This document shows, piece after piece, positions 15,304 to 26,900 of a DNA stretch of 64,000 bases. The DNA is taken from positions 1 to 64,000 of the forward strand of contig CALBRH010000055.1 of NCBI GenBank assembly GCA_937899865.1, written 5' to 3'. Position 1 is the first letter of the stretch. Every line of letters begins with the position of its first letter. The notes under the pieces are model-generated. The model did no database searches. It had not been told where the DNA came from and saw only the letters and a program-made list of their open reading frames with translations. Both the position numbers and the translations under genes were made by a program. Source of the DNA: an uncultured euryarchaeote (GTDB lineage Archaea > Thermoplasmatota > Poseidoniia > Poseidoniales > Poseidoniaceae).

Positions 15304-17934
15304 TCACGAAACTCTAGTCCAAGAACCATCTGGACCAACATTCCAATATTGAATTTCACTACTGACATCAACGTACCAGCCGCTAGCACCTTGCTGGCTG
15401 GCATCTATTGCTTGCATAACTCCTAATCTACCAGCTTCAACTGCTAATCGTGTCTTTTCTTGAGGAGATAGTGTTGGCGCCATATTGGTATTCTGATTTG
15501 GTGGTGCTGATTGAGCAACTGCTGCTTCTTTTGGCTCCTCTTCGGAATAATCGTCTTCATCATCATCATAGTAGTCTTCATCATCATATTCGTCATCGTC
15601 AAACCAATCTCCATCTTCTGGTTCATAATTTGCTCTACGCACCAATACTACCATTGTTGTCAAAATCAAACCAAGCAATACTGCTGCAATTGTCATGGCA
15701 GTATTTGTCGAACCAATAGCTCCGCCAAGCAGAACAGACTCAACATCAAAGAATGCTTGAGTAACTAAACCATTCCAAGTAATGCTGCAAGATCGGTCTA
15801 AGCCAGATTTTGAAATTTCCAATTCCCAAGTATCAGATGTGATAAATTTGTCAGGACCAGAGGTACAACTAATGGTTGTGTTTTCAGGCTCAACTGGTAC
15901 TTTGTTATTGTTAATATCTACTCCATATACACGCAATAAAGCGATATCCCCTTGCTTGTAATCCTTACTCTCTATTTCACCAAACAATTGTATGGCTTGA
16001 CCTGGATTAACTATCAATGGAATAGTATGCTCTGCATTATCTTGAGAAATTGTCAAGCTATACTCTCCTGACACATTTCCGGTAAAAGTCCAGTATCCTC
16101 TACCTGCAATCGATGGAACAAATTCACCAATTGTTGAATTTAGGTTTGTTGATACTGATTCTGCAGGAGCAAGATTATTTCTTGAATCAGAAATTTGAAT
16201 GAAAATATCTGATTCTACTCCTGATTCAACTTCAAAGCCTGACTCTTGATTAGTGATTATTTGTCTAGCTTCGCCTGCAGAAACTGTTAGAGAGACTATA
16301 GAAAATACTCCGGCTGCATTAGCTTGAATCTCATGACTACCAATAGTTGTAGGAATCCAATTATAATCCAGTAAAGACATGCTCAATGTTTGATCTTCGC
16401 CATCGATTGTCCAATTAACAAATATATCACTAAGTTGATTACCATAAGAATCAAAGAACCGAGGATTCAAATCAAATGGGACATCAATAGGAATCTTTTG
16501 ACCTTGCCCATTCAATTCAATTACAGCTAGTTCTCCAAAACCTACTTGCTCGATAGATTGAGATTCGAATAAAATACCAGATGCCTCGTCAAACCAACTT
16601 CCTCTAACCGCAAATGCTCCAACTGAGTCTGGGATTAGAGTGTAGTAATCTTGTTGAGAAACTAATGTTGACTGATTACCAATCAAAACCTCTACCGAAC
16701 CATTAACGTTCCAAGTATTACCTGCTAAGTCATAGGCTTGAACTACAACTGTTGACTGTTGCCCAACTGCAAGGTTTTGAGGAGTCATTTTTATTCTTGT
16801 ATCTATTGCAAGACCGTGTTCAACTGTTACAGAAGTTGTTGAAATAAAACCTGAGTCATCCATAGAGATTGTTTGAACTCCCATAGTCATAGGAGTCCAA
16901 TACACTCTGCCATTTTCTTGACTTAATGTTCCGGAACTGACAGTGAAATTAGTAATTGGCGGAGTAATTAAGCCAGAGAAGCCAAGATTATCTGTACGGA
17001 AGGAAGCAAGTTCATACATCTCACCAGCATAATACACATCGTCATTAGGAATTATTGCCAATGAAGAGGCTGTAGCATCAGCAGGCACAACCCTAATTGT
17101 TCCAGTACCAGAGACAGGCCCTGCAGAAACTGTAACATTCCACACACCTGGATTTGAAGCATAGTAATAACCTGTATTGTTAATACTTCCATTCTCTACA
17201 AACCACAATTGTGAACCTGCAAGAGTTGTATCCATGGAATAGCCATTAACATCTACCAAATTTGGCTCCAACTGTAATGGTGAGCCGCTTCGAACCAAGA
17301 TATCATTGGCAAAAATGAATTCATAAGGCGATCCTGCGACAACTTCAACAGTTGAAGTAGCCTCCATTTGATATAACCTAGCAGTCAGTTGATAGCTTCC
17401 AATATCAAGTGGAATCCACACTGGATTGCCTTGACCAAAGTACTCTCCATCAATACTCCATGCTGCTTGATCAGTTGGATTTGGATTTCCTCTCGCATCT
17501 ATCAAATTTGCCGTAAGAATATTGTTTTGTAGAACTTGCCCAGTAGCAATTGAGATTTCAAGAGATTGTCCAATCCCAGGATTAACTGTGATGTTAAACT
17601 CATCCGTCAAATTAGTGTGCCTGGCTTGTATAGTAATTACTCCAGAGTTCCATGGATAGAAAGTACCTTCATCTGTAATTGTACCATTAGTGGAAGACCA
17701 TATTATGTTACCAGCAACTTCACTATTTACCGAATCATATAATTTAGCTGAAAAAGTAACTACTTCATCAGCGCTCATAATATATGTCGGTGATGTAATT
17801 TGAATTCTTACTGGGGAACTACTTGGCATAATTGTAGAATTATTTTCAGATAAATGGTCACTATCGAGATCAACTGGCATCGTGCTAAGTAGCATCAATA
17901 CAATGATAGAAATCGGCAGTAGTTTTCTAAACAC
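15304..17934 (-). CDS. Membrane-anchored surface protein (876 aa): signal peptide, ~8 Ig-like repeats, TM helix, acidic cytoplasmic tail
   Basis: Signal MFRKLLPISIIVLMLL; periodic D-x-x-G-N motifs every ~80-95 aa; TM AMTIAAVLLGLILTTMVVLV followed by RR and a D/E/Y-rich tail. Confidence 0.85.
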   Translation of the reverse strand: MFRKLLPISIIVLMLLSTMPVDLDSDHLSENNSTIMPSSSPVRIQITSPTYIMSADEVVTFSAKLYDSVNSEVAGNIIWSSTNGTITDEGTFYPWNSGVITIQARHTNLTDEFNITVNPGIGQSLEISIATGQVLQNNILTANLIDARGNPNPTDQAAWSIDGEYFGQGNPVWIPLDIGSYQLTARLYQMEATSTVEVVAGSPYEFIFANDILVRSGSPLQLEPNLVDVNGYSMDTTLAGSQLWFVENGSINNTGYYYASNPGVWNVTVSAGPVSGTGTIRVVPADATASSLAIIPNDDVYYAGEMYELASFRTDNLGFSGLITPPITNFTVSSGTLSQENGRVYWTPMTMGVQTISMDDSGFISTTSVTVEHGLAIDTRIKMTPQNLAVGQQSTVVVQAYDLAGNTWNVNGSVEVLIGNQSTLVSQQDYYTLIPDSVGAFAVRGSWFDEASGILFESQSIEQVGFGELAVIELNGQGQKIPIDVPFDLNPRFFDSYGNQLSDIFVNWTIDGEDQTLSMSLLDYNWIPTTIGSHEIQANAAGVFSIVSLTVSAGEARQIITNQESGFEVESGVESDIFIQISDSRNNLAPAESVSTNLNSTIGEFVPSIAGRGYWTFTGNVSGEYSLTISQDNAEHTIPLIVNPGQAIQLFGEIESKDYKQGDIALLRVYGVDINNNKVPVEPENTTISCTSGPDKFITSDTWELEISKSGLDRSCSITWNGLVTQAFFDVESVLLGGAIGSTNTAMTIAAVLLGLILTTMVVLVRRANYEPEDGDWFDDDEYDDEDYYDDDEDDYSEEEPKEAAVAQSAPPNQNTNMAPTLSPQEKTRLAVEAGRLGVMQAIDASQQGASGWYVDVSSEIQYWNVGPDGSWTRVS

Positions 17935-17948
17935 ATTTACACATCCTA

Positions 17949-20900
17949 TTACTCAGTCCATTCTATCCAATCATCGGATTCTACCTCGCGGTAATACCAA
18001 ACACCATCTTCGGTTTGACCCCATTCTGTACCATCTTCTTCAACACGATAATCAGCCATCCAACTTGTATCCTCTTCCTCAACTTCTTCCTCAACTTCTT
18101 CAACTTCTTGTTCTGGCTCCGTTTCTGGTGGTTGAGGTGGTGGTGTAGAAACTGTTGGTGCTTGACTAATTCTTGGTTGAGAGAAATCCCTTGAAATTGA
18201 TTCTTCATCATCTCTATAATAGTCTTCATCATCTTCGTCATCGTAGTAATCTTCATCGCCACGCACAAGTCGAATTACGAAAACAAGTAAAGCGACGGCA
18301 ATTAGACCGATTAAGCCTGCTCCAACATAATAAAGTGGGCCACCAGCAGCAAAGAATCCTGCTATATTCCCTTCAACATTGTAAATGAATGTCTCTGTAA
18401 TTGAACCGATTACGATTGTAGCCGAATGTTCTCCTTCATCAAGAGTTTCTAATTCCCAAACTCCGTTACCCAAATACTTCACTTTTCCTCTATCAGTAGA
18501 ATCAATTCTTGCGGAATCAGGCACAGCAATTCTATTCCAATACTCATCATAAGCTTCAACTTCAACTGTTATAGATTCTAATTGTTCTAACTCAGTAGTA
18601 CTAATATTGCTCTTTATATTCTTAACAACGCTCAATGAGAATACTTCGACATTAACCGATGAAGACAGAGTCAAATACTCTGCAGTCAATGTGTAATTTC
18701 CAGCAGATCTGCCGTTAAATTGGTACAATGCTTCAGTATCTGTTGCATTAATGTTGTATGCAGGACCATTATTTTCAAACCAAACTACAAGTTGAGGGAA
18801 TTGATTACCATCTGAGTCAGTTCCAGTCACTTGTAAATCAACAAAATTACCAGCATCTTGAGTTGTCACTGACTGTTCTAATGTCAAAGATACTGGCACG
18901 CCATGACTCACTGAAATATCAAAATTAGCAGTCAAATTAAAGCCTCTTTCATTTATCAAAAAGGCACTAATTTTCCAATCCCCAACTTCAGTAGCATGCC
19001 AAATAAGTGCATTTTGTAACATCTGATCTGAAATATCCTCAGAAGTTCCCGCTTCCAAATCATATAGAATCCATGCTGGTTGCATATTAGTAATCTGATT
19101 CAGATTTGTATCACTTGTAGAGAAGCTGAATTGAATAAATTCATCAGCAGTTATTTCATATGAGCCAACTGAACTGAATTCAACACCATTGCTATCAATT
19201 GAATCTACTACAAAATTTTCCAAGTCTCCAACTGACACATATACAACAAAATTATCAGAAATAACTACATCTAACTCTGTATGTTCGACATAAATAGTAT
19301 ATGGTGTAGAAGAAGACATAGTTGGTGAGAAAGTTATTTCTTGTGAATAATTACTACTCAAAACACTTTCATCTGCGAAATTCGGGTGGAAGAATGACCA
19401 ATTACCATCTATTAGCCATTGATTACCGTTGGAGTCTAAAGCTTTAATCGAAGCAGATATTTGCTCATCTGCAGTTATCATGAATACATCACCGTTGGAG
19501 ACTTCATCATAGATCAAAATGTCCATTTGGTTTATTTTACCCCTGGTTACGAATACTTGAATTGTTTCAGTAGAACCTTGATAAAATGCTGAAATCGATT
19601 TGGTACCTTGTAGAGTTGGCACCCATGATGCTGGAAGACCTGTTACAACTTGACCATCGGCAACCGAAGTCCAGTTTTCAATCGGTAAAATCACCGCTAA
19701 TCTATTACCTCTAACATCTATTCTTGTTGTGTTCAAATACAGAATTTCATCAGCTGATATTGAAGTTGAAGACGCTTCAAGTTCGAATGAAGCAAAAGCC
19801 CCATGAGTCACATCTACAAGAATACTATCCACCAAACTATTTTCTGATACAAAACTAATAGTTGATTGACCTACTAAATTCCCAGTATATTCACCGATTA
19901 ATACTTCTGTAGTAGGAGGTGATGTGTGTGGAGTTGGTGTACTGTATTCTATGATTTCACCGTCAGAGACACTTAATGTATAATCTCCTACATCATCAAA
20001 CCAAACTATATTTGAATATTGATCAAAAGCTGTGCCAAAAATATCACAACTAGTATCTGCGTGAATTATGTCGCCACATCCGGACAATTCTACAAGCACT
20101 GGCGCCCCTGGTAATACCTCAACTTGAAGAGTCTCTTGTAATGTGTTTGACGAACCAACCCATTCAGCAGTAACTGTATGAATACCCGCAGAATAGGGTG
20201 AAAATAGTCCGCTAGAATCTATTGAACCATTGCTTGAGAAAAAGGAAATTACTTCATTGGTGACTAAGTTTCCAAACTGATCTATTGCATATGCAGATAC
20301 TTGTAATGTATCATCTGCCGTTATTGTTGCAAAGTTAACATCCGAAGTTTGATTGAGAGATGCAAAAATTTGCATTGGCATTCCTGGTTCAATCATGATT
20401 GCATAGTCAGTACAGATTATTCCATAACAGGCTGAAACTACTTGCATTCCAGAAATAGTAGGAGAAAGTACAGCACTTTGAGTGGTCTGATTAGGTGTAA
20501 TTGACCCTGATGTAGTGCTCCATTCAATTTCTGCCATATTTGGGATACCTCCTGTTATAGCTTGACCATTTGAATCAAAGGCTTGAACGTCAAATGAATA
20601 TGAACCATCTGCATTGTAATTGACCGTTTGTGAAGTAATATTCAAAATTGAAACATTAGTATGTAAAATCTCTAATTTTGGTCTGAGATTAATATCAGAA
20701 TAATCGCTCGAGTAAACTGATACATAACCATCAAAATTACCGCCAGTACTTATTGGGGTACCCCGAATTAAGAATGTCAGTACATCACCAATTGATTGGC
20801 CGTACTCTCCTACATCAAAAGAAAACACAGTATCTAGAGAGTTATACGTTTTGACATCTAATGGTTGGGAAACAAAATCAACACCTGGCTGAGGCCCAGG

Positions 20901-23900
20901 GTTAATTCCAGTATTATTCCAAGTCAGCGTCATCTCATCCCAATTTGTGTACAAGAATTCATGGATCGAAAATTCAACTTGGTAAGCACCTCCAGTTAAA
21001 TCCCAAGATTCAACAAATAAATTAAGCACAATTGAATGAATAGATTGTGAATTACTGTCGAGGGGTATTTGGCTCGTATCTACTGATATAATTGCATCAC
21101 AAATTGAATTGATGGTATTTTGACACCCTCCACCAATTTCAAGATTATCTCCCACTCCATAATTAACATCAAGATTACTGTCAGTAATCCATGTGTCGTA
21201 AAAATTGATGTGGTTGAAGTCTAATATTTCGCTTGAATCTGAAAAGGCATAAGTTAGTGTTCCATCTTTATTGTCGAAGTTATCAGGATTTCCTAAGCCA
21301 AATATCCACTTTGGTGAGGGAGGCCCTGGTATTGATTGATTATAGCACTGAACCCACCACTCATAAGATTCACCGGGTGAAAATATCGAACTGGTGAATG
21401 TGTTGCCACTAAATCCACTATCTATTAATGAGTCAAAGACTAATAATCCAGATTCAGTATTAATGAATAATTTATACGATGTAGCAGAAGAAACCTGTGT
21501 CCATTCTAGTTGTACTGACTGGACTGAATTAATTGGTAAATTACTAACATCATACAAAATTTCACCGTCACTTGGAGATATTGGTAGCGGTTGACTCGGT
21601 GGCAAATATTGATTGATATTCTCAATATAGGTTAAATTAATTGTTGGCTTCATTCCATTTATTGATTCTGATGAATGGAATTCAATGAAATTATTTTGTC
21701 CAGAAACCGCAGTTAATTTAAACGACAATGTATCATTATTTGTGAAAAAGTTTGTCTGCCCAAGATATGTTAAATCCCAGGAAACTAAGTTACCACTAGT
21801 CCCAGTAATACTTGTTCTTGTAATTTCAGAAGTTGAACAAGTAGGAGTTGATTGATAACTAATCAATGATTCTTCGAAACCATCACAAGCATAAACAGAT
21901 ACTGCTATTGGTGATTGAGTTATCATATTTGAGATTACTTCCAATTCTAAAGTCATAGATATAGGTGTAGCAGTTGGAACGAAATACAATTCCGATAAAT
22001 TATATTCGAAATATGCTTCAAACACTCCTCCTGACGATGGATTTGTACCAACGCTAATTGTAGGGGATTGTCCCAAATTTAGGTTGTTAGATGAATCAGT
22101 AGAAGCATCAGATACCATCGGGTTATCTCCTGTAAGAGTAAAAACAGAACCTCGTGAAAGTTCAACTGTATAATTTTCGTAGCCGTCAAAAATAGCTTGG
22201 TTCTCTGGGATTCGATAATGATAAATTGGAGAGTAATGTCCAATTCTATGCTCTTGATCTACTCTAAATCTCCAATATTGCCATTGATCACCGGCATTTG
22301 ACTCAATTTCATCAATATCAGTATAATTGAATAAATTCAAGATTGAATCCCAGGAATAATTTTCGACATTACTAGTACTTTGAACACAATCTAGCCAGCG
22401 AATCTGAGTACCATGGCATAGATTTATTGTTGTATGATTTGAAACTGGTTGAGAAACTTCGAAAGAAATATTATCAGCACCAACTAATGATGGTGATGAT
22501 TCGTTCCATAAAGTTGAGCCGTTGGCCGGGCTAATTAGAGATACAGTTGGCGGCAACCATGATTCAACAGTTCGGTATTGGATAGATAATTTTGGTCGAA
22601 GTGAAATATTTGTATTTTCACTATCAGCAAAAATGTAACTGCCCTCAACAATCCCTGTTGGAGAATTAAACACCTCAGGTTGCAATAAAATCGATGCTAC
22701 ATCTTGATTAGATTCTACTGTTAACTGTAATATGCGGGTGACATTCCAAGAGAAAGTCCCAATTGAGTCAACATATACCATAGAGTCTGGTAAATCAGAA
22801 TCTGCGCCTCTTAATGCCCCACTATTTATCCACTGAACTCCTGAAGAGGAATTATCCCAAGTGGAATTTTCATCCCAGTTGGCTAAAATCCTAGATGCTG
22901 AGATATCAACTGCTCCAGAACCGTTGACTGCTGTTAATTCTAAATCTGCACTAATTATCTCATACACACTCGGTAGAGTAAGTGTGGACAAATTAAAACT
23001 AACAATAGATGTTATTGAGGATAAATTGCTATTCAAAATTGTGCTATTTCCAACTCTTATTCCTCCGGTATCATTGCTCTGATATGGATTTCCTTCATCA
23101 AGATAAATGTCTGAGGTAGCAGAAGGATAATTTGTTGGTGGGAATAAACTTCCATCTTGAATGTAAATAGTTGCGTCTGTCTGATTTATTTCTTGACCAA
23201 TTGAATTAGGTATAAAATACATTGATTGGTTACTACGTTGGCCTAACATTTCTTGTTCAATTGGTTGTACAGACCAATTTATTGAATTTCCAAAATTAAT
23301 ATCCTGATCCGGTGTAAAAGATAGTGTAACTAAATCGAACAACTCGGGATTCACTCTCGAATCAAACATTAAATCTCCTTCCATATCGTTGTTAGGGTCT
23401 AATTGGAAGAAAATCCGCCATGCATCTGGAGTTGATACACTACTTTGAGGCAAAGACCAGGTAAAGGTAGGCCTCAATTCAGGTAATATTGCATGGGAGG
23501 TTTGATTAAAGTAAATTTGTCCATCGAGCGGTAGAATAGTCTCAATGATATCAGAAGGAATTGTTCTCTGACCTTCGACCCATGTCATGTTTATTGTTGG
23601 TTTCGTGTTGGAGAAATCTGATGAATAGAAATACACCAACTGACCAGGCAAATCTGTATCTGAGTAAATCATCAAAGACAAACTTGTCCTACCTTCGGCC
23701 AGCGCTCTTTGAGCTATTTGTGTTATATTCCACACATTCTTCCCTACTTGAGACATTACTATGTCAAGAGGTTCAGAAACATCAGAACCTATTCCTCGCC
23801 CACCTAATTCACTCCAATTATTTGTTGAATTATATCTAAAGTTATTAGCGTTTAAATCCCAAGGAGTTAGAACTTCTCTAACAGCTAATCTAACATTAGC

Positions 23901-26900
23901 AGATGAAAGTGGAGTTGCCTCAAGAGAGAACATTGCCGAAGTTAGAGATGCATTTTCTGGATGCATTGCTAGTGGTATTGGTACAGAAATTAACATTGAA
24001 TTATTAGCACCATCAGCCAATCTTCCTACACTCAAAATTGATTCGGTTTCTCCATTGACAATATCTAATGTACTTCTGTCATTGATATGTAAATCTGCAA
24101 AATTTATCATTTGTTGATTGGAAAAAGCACTACCATGAGAATATTCAGTAGTAAATGAATTGTGTGTGAGTGGGTGGTAATTTAAATCCGGTAGGAAAAA
24201 TGTGAAACTTTGTGACCACTCGCCAAGTTGGAAGGTATTCGATAAACCTCTAACCCTCCAGTACCAGACCTTACCAATATCTAAGGAACTTTGCAACTCA
24301 TATTCGCATCCAGCAATATCAAATCCTGGGTCATTCCAAGAAGTAATTGAACGCTTGTCAATGGAATCAAAATTGCTGGATGAATCAATTTCAATCGCCC
24401 AGCCAACAATTGGCATCGGACTATTATTATTCCATGACAAATCTAAGTCTATGTCAGTTTCTAGGGTGGAATTATTTTTGAAAACCCATTCGCCATCAGC
24501 AGGACTTTGCGCAGTTGGAGGTGTAGGCTTTTGATTAGAACCTAAAGTAAAGATTATCTCTAGTTGGGGCTGATCTTGTGAGTCTTGGCTCAAAGGTGAA
24601 TTGAATATTGCAGTAGAACCGTAATAACCCGGCATAATTTCTAACATAAAATTAAGATTTTTTCCATCTCTCATCGAATTTTGGACTGAACTTGTCACAT
24701 TCCAAACAGTACAACAATTAGAGGCTACAGAGGAATTACTCAACAGATTAACTCGGTCTAAGGTTCCCGTTGCCCCAGGCGAATCCCATTGAATTCCACT
24801 AGATGATTCAATCCAAGTCACTTCTTGTTCGTTCCAATCATCTGACACTAATTCCCATACACCTACATTAGGAGAATTAGTTGATGAAACTGTAGTCATA
24901 GTTAGGTTAGATGAAATTACTGCATAACCCTGAGGTAGAAGATAACTTTGTAAATTAAGGCCTAACAGAGCATTATACTTTCCAAGTGACATTGTATCTG
25001 CGATAAATATGTTAGAATAACCGTAACTATTGGTGGTTGGAGAGTTACTGGCAATAGAACTAAACTTAAATCCAGGAATTGAATTTACATTTGAATCTAC
25101 TGAGTTATTTAGAATAAATCTAAACATATTGCCACCTAGCCATTCAGATTCAAGGGTAGAAATAAACAGTGAAGAAGCATTCCAATCCCCTATTCTACCA
25201 TCTCCGTCAACCTGCTTTATCCTCCAATGATAAATGTCTCCTTTAGACAATTGATTTGATGAAGTAAATGTGTAATTTTGTAAAGCTGTAAGAGATGTTA
25301 ATGATAGATCTCTACTATCTAAGTCTAAAATAACGTCTCTAAATAATGGATCGTTCGATACTTGCAAAAAGTAATCCATAAATACTCCATCTGAAGATTG
25401 CCATTCTAACTCAGGCGTTGTATCGCCGCTTAAATTGTCATTTTCAATTTCCCAAACAGGTTCTGTGTTTATTGGAGAAATTAGTTCTACATCTGGAATT
25501 GATTGATTCGCAGTCCATGAATATGTCAAACTCACACTTGGTGTATTTCCAGAAACTCCTTGAAATTCGGACGAAGCAAATTTAATTTCTTCCAGTTGAG
25601 ATGGTGGCGAATCATCTGGTAAAAATCCAGTTAATACATAACTCAAAGGAACATTAGAAGATTCATCTAGATGTTTTTGAAGTGAATTTTGGATATCAAA
25701 ATCAAATGTATTTGAGGCTGAATTAGAATCAATATTTGATTGTTCAGATGACCCAATTTGATTTAGCCCCCCATTAGCCCATTGTTGACCAATTTTACCA
25801 TAGTTCCAAGTAGCCTCAGACTCACTCCACAAGGAATGCTCAATTGGGTGTAAAGAAAGAGTTGGCCCTTGAGAAGTAACTGTTTGTCTGTCCAATTCCA
25901 GTGATGCAGAAACTATAGTCGCATTGCTATGAATGCCTAGCATATTAAAATTGATTTTCAACAAACTTATTTTATTATCATTCACATCGTTAGACACATA
26001 CAAATATTGTTCCTCACCGTGTCCTTGAATTGCCGAAGTATCAATGTACGTATCTTCAATAAAATCAGTGCCCATCAAATTAAAATCGTTTTGCCCCAAG
26101 GTTATTGTTGCTGTACCATCTGAATTGTTTACGGTATTGTAATCTGGCAACAAAAAGTATCCTTCAGACCAATCCGATATTTTTGAGGTGTTATCAATGG
26201 ACCTAATTCTATGGTGAATTATTGACCCTAGTGGAAATGATTCAGAATTAGGAATATTGTAATATCCAGCAGCACCAGAAGTTGTAAACTGGTTGCTTAA
26301 TGTTGAATAAATCCAAGTCAAGTCTGTGATGTTTCTAAAATCACTTGATAATGAAAATTGGAACTCTACATCGGTTCCTACAAGGTTATCAAAACTAATC
26401 CTAGGATTTATGTCAGCAGCCATAATAAAATCGTTTTTCATTAACGGAACACCGTCAACAGCAAAATTTTGTTCAACTGAACCACCGTCGCTATGAAAAC
26501 CAGATGAATGTGAAATAATTAGTTCAGGATGATAAGATGTAGTAACATTGTTGCCTTTAGCACAGGCAATATTACCTCCGAGGCCAGAAATAATGATATC
26601 AAATGTACTCCTTCCCAAGTGTAAACTGGTTTGAACTAATTTAGTAACATTAAGATTGTACTCATAAATATTTGAAGTAATAGAGGCACTTGAAGATGGT
26701 ACATCCCAATCTTTTCTATCAAATTCTCCATCAACACCAGGTTTCTGCCATGCTATTGAATTGGCAATACTATTCCAAGTAACTTCAGAAGGTGCAAAGT
26801 TCCCATATATTGTTGCAGGGTAGAGAACGGGTAATTGACTAGGAGTTTGCTGATACAAGACCTCGCATGTAAGTCTAAGTTCAGCATCTAAAATAAGATC

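Noticed and set aside
15545-15605. tca/tcg trinucleotide runs (also ~18215-18260 and ~49630-49685) as microsatellites
   Set aside because: They are Asp/Glu codon runs of the acidic cytoplasmic tails on the minus strand.
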